64,000 nucleotides of DNA from NCBI GenBank assembly GCA_963667565.1, contig OY763415.1, positions 1,376,001-1,440,000 of the forward strand. The letters run 5' to 3'. This DNA is from Acholeplasmataceae bacterium (GTDB lineage Bacteria > Bacillota_I > Bacilli_A > Acholeplasmatales > Acholeplasmataceae). The translations under genes were made by a program, and so were the position numbers. Positions 19,092-28,480 of the stretch are shown here, piece after piece. The stretch's first letter is position 1. The number at the start of each line of letters is the position of its first letter. The notes under the pieces are model-generated. The model saw only the letters and a list, made by a program, of their open reading frames with translations, was not told where the DNA came from and did no database searches.

Positions 19092-19865
19092 ATGAAACTT
19101 ATTGAGCACATTTGTTTTAATAAAACTGAAAATGATGTGGGATTTCCCTATGCACTAGGTTTTTTCAATCATCAAATTAAATGTGATGATGTAACAATCA
19201 TCGTTGGTGATAATGGCTCAGGTAAGTCAACTTTATTAGAGCTTCTTTCAAAAGAACTCAACTTATATCAAATTGGAGAACCTTTAATTCTACCTAAAAG
19301 AATTGATGTTGATTTAAGGTTTCATTTAAAACGGCCTTTAGGATTTTATTTTTCTGCTGAAGATTTTACATCTTACATTAAACGATTAGTTAATGATAAG
19401 AAGGAAGCTTACCAGGGATTAAAGGATGTTGATGATGCATATAAACATAAATCATTATTTTCTAAACAACAAGCGAGAAGCGCTTATTTAAAAACCATCG
19501 CTGAAATTGATAAAATGTATGAAAAAGATTTATTAATCTCATCCCATGGAGAGTCTTATTTGAACTTTTTTCGTTCAAGAATGAGACCAAATCAGCTCTT
19601 TATTCTAGATGAACCTGAGACGCCTTTATCATTTGAAAATCAACTTGCACTTATTTATATGATTCATGATGCTGTATCTGAAGGTTCTCAATTCATCATT
19701 GCTACACATTCACCAGTTATATGTGCATATCCAAATGCTAAAATCTACCAGTTATCAAATGATAGCATCACTGAAACATCATATGACCAATTAGACTCTG
19801 TTCGGCTCATGAAAGACTTTCTTCTTATGCCTGAACGATATTTTAACCATTTATTAAAAAAGTAA
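19092..19865 (+). CDS. Stand-alone ABC-type ATPase (COG3910-like)
   Basis: GDNGSGKST, SHGES signature, LDEPE and ATHSP. Confidence 0.85.
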   Translation: MKLIEHICFNKTENDVGFPYALGFFNHQIKCDDVTIIVGDNGSGKSTLLELLSKELNLYQIGEPLILPKRIDVDLRFHLKRPLGFYFSAEDFTSYIKRLVNDKKEAYQGLKDVDDAYKHKSLFSKQQARSAYLKTIAEIDKMYEKDLLISSHGESYLNFFRSRMRPNQLFILDEPETPLSFENQLALIYMIHDAVSEGSQFIIATHSPVICAYPNAKIYQLSNDSITETSYDQLDSVRLMKDFLLMPERYFNHLLKK

Positions 19866-19881
19866 GCAAATAAGCTTACTT

Positions 19882-21444
19882 TTATTTTCCTGAATCTCCA
19901 TAATTCTTTAAAAATCTAGCACTTGGGTCATCTACATTACAACCTTCCCAAGCTTTATTAGGCATCCAGTAATCTTTAATTAAATGCCCATGATTTTTAT
20001 AGTGCATCTCAAATATATCACGATAAAGAAGTGCTTCTTTCGTTGGTGGAATTGGTAAATACTGATCTTTCTTTTTCATAAATGTTTCATCTGAATAAAT
20101 ACTTTCAGCATATGCTTTTAATATATCTACCATACTATGACCCACAGCATCACTAAATGCTGCTTTTTGTCTATAAAGAATTTCATCTGGTAAATACTCT
20201 TTTTCAAATGCTTTTCTAAGGAGATACTTCCCCATATTGTAGGTATTCATCTTTTTAGCAGGATCAATTCGAATCACATAATCGACGAAGGAAAGATCAC
20301 CAAATGGGACACGTGCTTCTAATGAATGATATGCTAAACATCGATCTGCTCTTAGAACATCATACATATATAATTCTTTCATACGCTTGATTTCATCTTC
20401 TTGAAATGCTTCTTTGCTTGGAGCAAAGTCAGTATATTTATATCCAAAAAGTTCGTCACTCACTTCACCTGTTAATAACACTTTAATATCTGTATGTTCG
20501 TGAATATACTTACTCACTAAAAACATACCAATAGATGCTCTTACTGTTGTGATATCAAATGATTCAAGCGCATAAATAACCTCACTTAAAGATCCAATCA
20601 CATCTTCTTTTGTCATAATAACTTCATGATGTTCTGTTCCTAAATACTTTGATACAATCTTTGCATATTTTAAATCAATGGGATCACTATCCATCCCAAT
20701 ACTAAATGTCTTGAGTGGTTTTTTTGATTGTCTTGCTGCAACCGCACATACCAAGCTAGAATCTAAGCCACCAGACAATAAATATCCGATAGGCGCATCA
20801 CTATGCATGCGCTTAATAATGCCTTTTTTAAGTCTTTCTTCGATTTCTTTAAATATCATCTCATGTGTATCCTCATGATACTTCACATCATCAAAAATGT
20901 CTGTATATTTAACAAACGCACCTTGGTAATAATAATGTCCTGGTGGAAAAGGAATTACCTGGTCAACATTTGAAATGATTGCTTTAGCTTCACTTGAAAA
21001 AACAATTTTTTTGCTGATTTTTTCGAATCCATAAAACAACGGTCTTATCCCAATAGGATCTCTAGCTGCAACAACTTCCCCTTTTTTCTCATCAAATAAC
21101 ACGATTGCAAACTCGGCATCTAATTTATGAAACATCTTTAGCCCAAAAGTTTTATAAAGTGGTAATAAAACTTCACAGTCAGATGTTGATTTAAATTGAT
21201 ATTCTACTTCTTTTTTTAACGCTTCTTCATTATATATTTCAGCGTTTGCTACTAAAATTACTTCTTCATCATAAAAAGGTTGCATCCCTGTTTCATGTAA
21301 ATCCATAATCGCTAATCGATTAAAATAAAATCTATATCCTTTTCCAATCACTTTCATTTGTTGATCTGGACCTCTATAAATCATACATTTTGATCCATCG
21401 TCAAATTGAACTTCTTCACTTGTTGAAACTAAAATACCGCACAT
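19882..21444 (-). CDS. asnB: Asparagine synthetase B (glutamine-hydrolysing)
   Basis: N-terminal MCGI (Ntn Cys), RLAIMD, RDPIGIRPL and LSGGLDSS. Confidence 0.95.
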   Translation of the reverse strand: MCGILVSTSEEVQFDDGSKCMIYRGPDQQMKVIGKGYRFYFNRLAIMDLHETGMQPFYDEEVILVANAEIYNEEALKKEVEYQFKSTSDCEVLLPLYKTFGLKMFHKLDAEFAIVLFDEKKGEVVAARDPIGIRPLFYGFEKISKKIVFSSEAKAIISNVDQVIPFPPGHYYYQGAFVKYTDIFDDVKYHEDTHEMIFKEIEERLKKGIIKRMHSDAPIGYLLSGGLDSSLVCAVAARQSKKPLKTFSIGMDSDPIDLKYAKIVSKYLGTEHHEVIMTKEDVIGSLSEVIYALESFDITTVRASIGMFLVSKYIHEHTDIKVLLTGEVSDELFGYKYTDFAPSKEAFQEDEIKRMKELYMYDVLRADRCLAYHSLEARVPFGDLSFVDYVIRIDPAKKMNTYNMGKYLLRKAFEKEYLPDEILYRQKAAFSDAVGHSMVDILKAYAESIYSDETFMKKKDQYLPIPPTKEALLYRDIFEMHYKNHGHLIKDYWMPNKAWEGCNVDDPSARFLKNYGDSGK

Positions 21445-21472
21445 CTTCATCATCCTTTCAAATTGAAATAAA

Positions 21473-21725
21473 CAAAAAAGAGCCTTCTTCCACTAAAAGG
21501 GACGAATGACTCTTATATCCGCGGTACCACCCAAATTATCAAACTATGTTTGATCACTTTTAAAGTTCTAACAAACTCATATCTCTATAACGGGAGATCC
21601 CGACTTAGCCTACTTTATTTCGGTAAGTACTCCTTGGCGTTTTTCAATCAAGTTATTATATAGACTCTCAGCAACGTCTACTCTCTGTGATAAATCACTT
21701 CATTTACTCTTCCAAATCATCGTTT
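21473..21725 (-). promoter_or_regulatory. T-box riboswitch, Asn specifier (AAC)
   Basis: T-box AATTTGGGTGGTACCGCG, AGTA/AGAGA/GCTGAG stem-I motifs, specifier loop GAAAAACG, and a terminator upstream of asnB. Confidence 0.92.
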
Positions 21726-21765
21726 GAAAAGATTGTATCACACTTAATTACTGATTTGCAATACT

Positions 21766-22749
21766 TTAATTATCATTTTCTTGTAAATGAGAAATTGTAA
21801 CTTGTGGGAATGGAATACCAATTTGATGTGCATCAAATAACAATTTGATTTCACGATTTAATATTCTTTGTACTTGGAATTTGTTATCTTCTTTAGTCAC
21901 TGCAATAATTTTTAAGACAACTGCTGAATCTCCTAATGAAGATATACCCAAATATTTAGGAATTTCTAATATTTCTGGATGGTTTTCAAACATCGTTGGT
22001 AAATACTCATTGACGATTTCTTCAACACGTTTGATATCTTCTCCATATTCAATGCCCACTTCACAAATAGCAACACTGTTTCTTTGAGATGCGTTAATCA
22101 CATTTCTTACATCTCTATTATTGACATATTTAACATCTAGATTCCCTAAATCAAGGAATTTAGTTGTTCTTAAATTGATTTCTAGTACTCTACCTCTAAA
22201 CCCATCTAAATAAACAATATCATCTACTTGATATTGATTATCTAAAATAATGAGGACACCAGCGAGTAAATCTTCAATAATACTTTGTGCACCAAAGCTT
22301 ACTGCAAATCCAATAAGTCCTAATGATACAAGTAATGTTGATGAATCAACACCCCATGCAGATAAGACAAAGATAATGCCTAGTAAAACTAAAAAATAAC
22401 TAATTATAGATCGAAGTAATGTAATTGGTGATGAATTATACGTTTTTTTATCAAGGAATAAAACAAGTGCCCAACCAATGACTTTCTTTAGTATCCAGAT
22501 AAATAATAAGATCGTAAGTGTTTCAATGATTCTTAAATAGTTATTTAGAATCAAGTTACCAATATCAAAAAATTTACCTAATGTTCTTTCTACGATATCA
22601 CCAGCTGTTGTATTTGCATATAATCTAGGAATCGTCATTCCTACTGCGATAGTGATAACAATAATAAATGCTTCAATGCTTGTTTTAATGATTGCTTTTT
22701 TCTTGTGCGGTGCCATTTTTGGCTTTCTTGCTTTTTCTTTCTTAGCCAT
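21766..22749 (-). CDS. MscS family mechanosensitive channel, second paralog
   Basis: GFAVSFGAQ, GRVLEINLRTT and IGIPFPQ. Start at MAKKEKA after GGAG, overlapping the upstream stop. Confidence 0.9.
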   Translation of the reverse strand: MAKKEKARKPKMAPHKKKAIIKTSIEAFIIVITIAVGMTIPRLYANTTAGDIVERTLGKFFDIGNLILNNYLRIIETLTILLFIWILKKVIGWALVLFLDKKTYNSSPITLLRSIISYFLVLLGIIFVLSAWGVDSSTLLVSLGLIGFAVSFGAQSIIEDLLAGVLIILDNQYQVDDIVYLDGFRGRVLEINLRTTKFLDLGNLDVKYVNNRDVRNVINASQRNSVAICEVGIEYGEDIKRVEEIVNEYLPTMFENHPEILEIPKYLGISSLGDSAVVLKIIAVTKEDNKFQVQRILNREIKLLFDAHQIGIPFPQVTISHLQENDN

Positions 22750-23875
22750 TGTTTGTTTCTCCTTCAAAATTGATTTGATAAGTGATGACATCATCACCAT
22801 TAAATATAATTGTTATTTGCGTTAATGTCTCATCGAGTATAAGTTCAAAGGTGTATTGGTTTTGATCATAAGAGACAAAAGTCATTTCTTGATCATTGAG
22901 TAAAACTAGATCAATATCTTCTATATTTTCGATAATCGTAATTGTATGTAACAAATTGTAATTTGTATATACATAATTTAGATCATTAAATAGAGATAGA
23001 TCAAGTGTATATAATATGTATTGATGCGTCCCATCCGAGACATAAATATCTAAAGATGTGATTGTGGTTTGAGATAAATCCATCGTTTGAAAATCAGATA
23101 ATAACACTGTCGTTATTTGATCACCAACGATATAATCTACAAAATATATAAATCGTTCATCTAAATTAAATGTGTGATCTATAGTGACATATTGATTTGA
23201 TAATTCAATATTAATATGTCCATCTAGAGGTGCAATCATTTCATAGGTAAATGATTTAATGATTTCATCATTTTTAATCACGTTAAACGTTAATGTTTGT
23301 TGATAGTTAACCTCTGGAATTTCTATCGTTTGATCACCATCAGTAATCATTTCATGGAAATCACTGATATCTGGTGAAGAAAGTGTGATAAGTCCTATAT
23401 CTTCATCTCTCACATAAGAAGATAGTTCAATCTTGATTTCTCTTAAGGTTTTTCTTATGTCACCAACTTCATAAATATCTTTTAAATAAACTTCACTCAT
23501 CTGATCCGTTTGAAAAGCTTTTTCATCAAGTTTTGTCCAAACCATACCATTATCATATTCAACCCAAATTTTATAACTGGTATTTAAATATAAATCTTCG
23601 ACAACACCTTCGTTATATCCTAAATCAAGATCAACATAATATTCTCCATACTGAGAACTTGTTACAAGTCTTATTTGATAATCAGCTGGTGGACTTGTAT
23701 CTTCTGGATCTCTTATTTCTTCTAATTCTAAAGCATAATACACTTTATCTTTGACGACATCGATATCAAATGTATTTAAGATAAGTTGTTGTGCGGCGAT
23801 TGCGACCACTACCGCTGATCCACCAACCGCACCAATCATGCCATACAATATTTTTTTAATTCCATCGTTTTTCAT
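22742..23875 (-). CDS. Hypothetical membrane-anchored beta-rich protein, possibly FN3-like
   Basis: N-terminal TM helix; VEDLYLNTSYKIWV resembles the FN3 L.P.T.Y motif. Confidence 0.55.
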   Translation of the reverse strand: MKNDGIKKILYGMIGAVGGSAVVVAIAAQQLILNTFDIDVVKDKVYYALELEEIRDPEDTSPPADYQIRLVTSSQYGEYYVDLDLGYNEGVVEDLYLNTSYKIWVEYDNGMVWTKLDEKAFQTDQMSEVYLKDIYEVGDIRKTLREIKIELSSYVRDEDIGLITLSSPDISDFHEMITDGDQTIEIPEVNYQQTLTFNVIKNDEIIKSFTYEMIAPLDGHINIELSNQYVTIDHTFNLDERFIYFVDYIVGDQITTVLLSDFQTMDLSQTTITSLDIYVSDGTHQYILYTLDLSLFNDLNYVYTNYNLLHTITIIENIEDIDLVLLNDQEMTFVSYDQNQYTFELILDETLTQITIIFNGDDVITYQINFEGETNNG

Positions 23876-26800
23876 TTATATCACATCCTTTTTTGAAACA
23901 CTTCTATGCAATATAAATAAACTTATAGTAAATATGCCTAATCCCATCAACAAAACAATCGAGTGATCACTTTGTTTTGTTTCTGTCATCGTTAAAGTGT
24001 AAGTGTCTAAATCATATGATACTTTTTGTGCTTTATCTGTAGAAATAAAATAAGGATATGCAATAAAATCATCTGAGACTATGACGATTTGGTCACTTAT
24101 TTTCTCACCCATACCGTTTGGTAGTGTATACCAACCCATGAATTCTAGCCCATCTATAGATATCATCAAATCATCAACAAATGCTTCACCTGAAGTGATT
24201 GTGATTGTATATATTTGATGATTAACAATCACAGTAAAATCAAAAGTATGTGCAATCATTTTTGGGTAGACTTGCATATCCCTAGAAGGCATCACTTCTG
24301 TTAATGGTGTAGAATAATTTTCATCTAAATACCATCCATCAAAATCATATCCTTCTAATTGATATGAAATGACATCGATTACACTTTGATAATCATAAGT
24401 ATCGGTTGTAATCGTATTACCATTGTGATCTAACCAAGATACGGTGTATTGATTGATCGTATAAACCGCAGTAATAACAACATCATTTGCGGGCATCATC
24501 TCTGGAAGATTTTCCCAATGATCAAACGTATATCCTTCTTTTTCAGGAATGAAATCAAATGTGATCACATCTCCAAAATCAAATATGATTGCGTTATTTG
24601 ATGATCCACCTTGTGTATCAAATGATAATTCATATGGATTTACCATCCATTTAGCATATAAAATTAAATCCTGATACGTACCTTCTAAGATTGTATCCAT
24701 CTGTGTTTCATATGTTTCATCAACAAACCACCCGCCAAAGGTATATCCTTCTTTAGTTGGATTTAATAAAGGTATATCACTAAATTCAATCGTATATGCT
24801 TGAGGGTTGTTTTCGTTTTGTAAACCATCATTAAGTAGATAAGTAATGTGATATGTAACCACATCCCATTTAGCATATAATGTCAACCCGTCAAGGGGCA
24901 TCGTTGTAAATGTATACGCGTTTTGTAAACTTTGATCACTATACCATCCACCAAATATATATCCATCTTTAGTTGGATCAAGAGGGGCAACAATATCACC
25001 TAAAAACGATTGTTCAATTGGATCAATAACTGAACCGCCTTGTGTATCAAATGTGATTTGATAAGGATTTGCATTCCATTTAGCATATAATGTCATTTGA
25101 TTTAAAGCGCTTGGCTCAATCGTCTGAATTAAAGTATCATAACTAGAATCAAGATACCAGCCATCAAAACTATAACCTGTTCTTGTTGGATCAAACAAAT
25201 TAAATTCTAAAGATTCTACAGTATATGATTCAATATTTAATAAACTATTGATACCACCATTAAGTTCATAATTGATATGATATGTAATCACATCCCATTT
25301 GGCATATAAAGTCAACCCATCAAGTGGCATCGTTGTAAATATATAAGCATTTTGTAAACTTTGATCACTATACCAGCCACCAAATGTATAGCCATCTTTA
25401 GTTGGATCATGAGGTGGATTGATGCTCATCATGTAGTTAGTTGTCATATCATCTACTAAACTTCCACCATTTGATTCAAATGTGATTGAATAACTATTAA
25501 TATTAAATATAGCTGCTAATACCAAATCTTCCGCTGGCATCGTCAAAGGTATCGCTTGATCCCATCCAGCAAAAGTATATCCATCTCTACTTGGATCTTC
25601 TGGTAAAACAATGGATTCACCATAAGAAATCTGCATTTGAGCAATTTCTGTACCTCCATTTGTATCAAAGGTAATTGTATATGTGTTTGTTAACCATCTC
25701 GCATACAAAGTAATGCCATCAAGGGGCATCGTTGTAAATGTATAAGCATTTTGTAATAAAGAATCGCTATACCATCCACCAAAGGTATATCCTTCCTTTG
25801 TTGGATCAAAAGGTGGGTTAACATTCATCATATAAAATGAAGTTATATCATCTACTAAACTTCCACCATTTGATTCAAATGTGATTGAATAACTATTAAT
25901 ACTATAACTAGGTGTAATCACCAAATCTTCTGCAGGCATCGTTAAAGGAATCGCTTGATCCCAGCCATTAAATGTGTATCCTTCTCTACTTGGATTCTCT
26001 GGAGTAATCACCAAATCTCCATAATCTAGAGTGATACTATCAATAGTTGAGCCACCATTAGAATTAAATGAAATGGTGTATTGATTGACTGTCCATTTGG
26101 CATATAATGTAATTCCTCCTAATGGCATCGTTGTAAATGTATAAGGGTTTTTTAAACTTTGATCACTATACCAGCCATCAAATGTATATCCTTCTTTGAT
26201 TGGATCAAGTGGTCTATTCACGTTTAATTCATAACCTAAAGTAATCGTAGATACGTCACTACCACCATTTGATTCAAAATTCATGTCATAAGAAATCGGT
26301 TGATAATGTGCAGTTAAAACTAAATCTCCATAAGAACCTGTTGGAATATATGAAACCCAATCACCATTTTGATTAGTCCAACCTATAAACGAGTATCCTT
26401 CTTTGCTTGGATCATTTAAATAAATGGTTGGATCTTCAATTGTATAAGTTGTCAGATTGTTTGATTCAACACCCTCATTTAAATCATAAGTGATGTGATA
26501 AGTGATTGCTTGATAGTTAGGGAGAATCGTTACATTATAGTTGGGCATCGTTGAAGGTAGGGCTTGATTCCAACCAACAAATGAATAACCATTAACATCA
26601 GAAGGTGTTGGCTGGTTTACATTTGATAAAGAATCTCCATAAATATACTGATTATTAAAAAGGCTTATCCCATTATAATCTAAGAATTTCAACGTATACG
26701 ACTGTTTAATGTTTACAGTGATGGTTTCTTCATAATCACCTAATACTTGATCTGTTGCTAAACCACCATATTCGATAATATATCCTGGTTGTGTACTACT

Positions 26801-27598
26801 AGAGCCTAAATCATTCCAATTTTTAGTTCCAACATAAAATTGAGCATAATCTTCGTTATTGGAATTATTAGGTTCACCAGTAGCCCAATTTTGATATGTA
26901 CTGCTAAGTGTTTGTCCAGCTTCTGGACCAGTAACCCATTTCCAAAGACCTTCAAATGTTTCATCACTCGCACCAATCCATCCATTAGATGAAAGTTTTT
27001 GAGCAACGAATTCGTTTTCCAAAGCACTTGTAATAGTTACAAGATAACCTTGTCTTTCATTAAAATATCTAGTTTGAGCATTCGCCTTTGCATTAGCCCA
27101 ATAAGTGTAGTAAGAAATATATTCATAATAATGTCCTGTAACATCAAAATAGGTGGCATTACCAACACCTGTATTTATGGTAAAACTTAATGATATGTTT
27201 TCTCTATATGTAGACCCACTATGTAGTGTAAATGATCTAAATAATGCTTGATAATTAGCTGCTGTTGTTGATCCTGTTAATGTATAGACACCTTTACTTG
27301 AATTATAACTCACAGTAATCCCAGAAACTGCAGTATATGTTATAGTAGCATCAGATGGCAAATTATTCACAACAACTGATGCACTTGTTATATTGACATC
27401 AGATGAAACAACCATATCAGGTGAAAGTACAATCGATGATGATGTCGCTAAGTTAATGCTGTTTTGAGTTGTAGATATTTGTGTATTTTGAGTTGCTGCA
27501 TAAATACTTTGATTTGAAATTAAAAAGTAGATCGAAAAAGACAACAAAAAAAACATTAATCCAAAAATTAATGGTTTTGTAATTCTTCTTACAAACAT
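23876..27598 (-). CDS. Large surface protein: C-type lectin domain, Listeria-Bacteroides (InlB B) repeats, C-terminal TM anchor
   Basis: Signal peptide; HYYEY...GYLVTITSALEN...WIGASD...WKW...NWATGEPNN...WND lectin motif; many YTITFDxxGG...PTKEGYTFxGWY...LYAKW repeats; C-terminal TM with basic tail. Confidence 0.9.
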   Translation of the reverse strand: MFVRRITKPLIFGLMFFLLSFSIYFLISNQSIYAATQNTQISTTQNSINLATSSSIVLSPDMVVSSDVNITSASVVVNNLPSDATITYTAVSGITVSYNSSKGVYTLTGSTTAANYQALFRSFTLHSGSTYRENISLSFTINTGVGNATYFDVTGHYYEYISYYTYWANAKANAQTRYFNERQGYLVTITSALENEFVAQKLSSNGWIGASDETFEGLWKWVTGPEAGQTLSSTYQNWATGEPNNSNNEDYAQFYVGTKNWNDLGSSSTQPGYIIEYGGLATDQVLGDYEETITVNIKQSYTLKFLDYNGISLFNNQYIYGDSLSNVNQPTPSDVNGYSFVGWNQALPSTMPNYNVTILPNYQAITYHITYDLNEGVESNNLTTYTIEDPTIYLNDPSKEGYSFIGWTNQNGDWVSYIPTGSYGDLVLTAHYQPISYDMNFESNGGSDVSTITLGYELNVNRPLDPIKEGYTFDGWYSDQSLKNPYTFTTMPLGGITLYAKWTVNQYTISFNSNGGSTIDSITLDYGDLVITPENPSREGYTFNGWDQAIPLTMPAEDLVITPSYSINSYSITFESNGGSLVDDITSFYMMNVNPPFDPTKEGYTFGGWYSDSLLQNAYTFTTMPLDGITLYARWLTNTYTITFDTNGGTEIAQMQISYGESIVLPEDPSRDGYTFAGWDQAIPLTMPAEDLVLAAIFNINSYSITFESNGGSLVDDMTTNYMMSINPPHDPTKDGYTFGGWYSDQSLQNAYIFTTMPLDGLTLYAKWDVITYHINYELNGGINSLLNIESYTVESLEFNLFDPTRTGYSFDGWYLDSSYDTLIQTIEPSALNQMTLYAKWNANPYQITFDTQGGSVIDPIEQSFLGDIVAPLDPTKDGYIFGGWYSDQSLQNAYTFTTMPLDGLTLYAKWDVVTYHITYLLNDGLQNENNPQAYTIEFSDIPLLNPTKEGYTFGGWFVDETYETQMDTILEGTYQDLILYAKWMVNPYELSFDTQGGSSNNAIIFDFGDVITFDFIPEKEGYTFDHWENLPEMMPANDVVITAVYTINQYTVSWLDHNGNTITTDTYDYQSVIDVISYQLEGYDFDGWYLDENYSTPLTEVMPSRDMQVYPKMIAHTFDFTVIVNHQIYTITITSGEAFVDDLMISIDGLEFMGWYTLPNGMGEKISDQIVIVSDDFIAYPYFISTDKAQKVSYDLDTYTLTMTETKQSDHSIVLLMGLGIFTISLFILHRSVSKKDVI
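24100..26700 (-). repeat. Intragenic tandem array of ~65-70-aa InlB B-type repeats (approximate bounds)
   Basis: Recurring DNA blocks such as ggcatcgttgtaaat; an identical block atctactaaacttccaccatttgattcaaatgtgattgaataactattaata at 25451 and 25850. Confidence 0.85.
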
Positions 27599-27731
27599 AA
27601 ATCTTCTCCTATCATAAATAAATTAAAAATTTATATCTATGATATACCGATTCCCCTCTATGCTTTTGTTATCTACATTGCTATTTATTATTATAGCATT
27701 ATAGTATTAAAAAATGATTAAATTTGACTTG

Positions 27732-27760
27732 TTGATTTTTATAAGCTATTCATGTATAAT
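27732..27760 (+). promoter_or_regulatory. Sigma-70-type promoter of glpP
   Basis: TTGATT - 17 nt - TATAAT. Confidence 0.7.
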
Positions 27761-27770
27761 TTAAGTATAA

Positions 27771-27839
27771 GTTAAGATGAACAAGAGTTAAGAGCGCGAA
27801 CTGTCAATTTATCATTTTTGACTTCGCCTTTTATTTTTT
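27771..27839 (+). promoter_or_regulatory. Putative GlpP-responsive leader terminator upstream of glpP
   Basis: GTTAA...AGAGTTAAGAG, then hairpin GCGAA/GTCAA...TTGAC/TTCGC and a T tract; same motif as at 28399. Confidence 0.6.
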
Positions 27840-27852
27840 CAAAGGAGATATT

Positions 27853-28392
27853 ATGTTTTATAATCAACACATTATTCCTGCTATTTCTAATCATCAAGCT
27901 TTGAAAAAATTTATTGATTCTCCACATACTTATGGAATATTAATGAATTTTCAACTTGCTCAACTCAAAGGGCTGGTTGAAGCAGGGCACAATGCAAATA
28001 AAAAGATACTCATCCATTCAGAATTGATTAAGGGTTTATCACATGATGAATATGGAGCTATCTATTTAATTCAAGAACTCAAAGTAGATGGTCTGATATC
28101 AAGTAAACCAAAAGTGATTGAAGTATGTAAAAAAAGAAATGTGATCGGTATCTTTAGATTTTTCTTAAAAGATAGCATTTCATTAGAACAATCTTTAATG
28201 ATTACAAGAAAGATTGAACCGATTTATTTAGAAGTCTTACCTGCAACTTCTACATCATTAATTGAGTATATCAAAACTCAAGTGAACGCAGAAATACTCA
28301 TGGGTGGTCTCATCCAAAACAAATCACAAATTCAAAACTGTCTAACATCTGGTGCCATTGCAGTCACAACTTCTAATATCGATTTGTGGTAA
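27853..28392 (+). CDS. glpP: Glycerol-3-phosphate responsive antiterminator
   Basis: IIPAI...LIHSELIKGL...DGLISSK...LEVLP...GGLI...GAIAVTTS; heads the glycerol cluster. Confidence 0.92.
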   Translation: MFYNQHIIPAISNHQALKKFIDSPHTYGILMNFQLAQLKGLVEAGHNANKKILIHSELIKGLSHDEYGAIYLIQELKVDGLISSKPKVIEVCKKRNVIGIFRFFLKDSISLEQSLMITRKIEPIYLEVLPATSTSLIEYIKTQVNAEILMGGLIQNKSQIQNCLTSGAIAVTTSNIDLW

Positions 28393-28398
28393 ATCCAT

Positions 28399-28464
28399 GT
28401 TAATCTAAATTCGAGAGTCTAGAGAGAAAAGCAATTTTCATTGTTTTTCTCTTTTTATTTTTTT
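28399..28464 (+). promoter_or_regulatory. Putative GlpP-responsive leader terminator
   Basis: GTTAA...AGAGTCTAGAG, hairpin agagaaaagcaat/attgtttttctct, then a T tract. Confidence 0.65.
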
Positions 28465-28480
28465 AGGAAGAAGGTATCTT

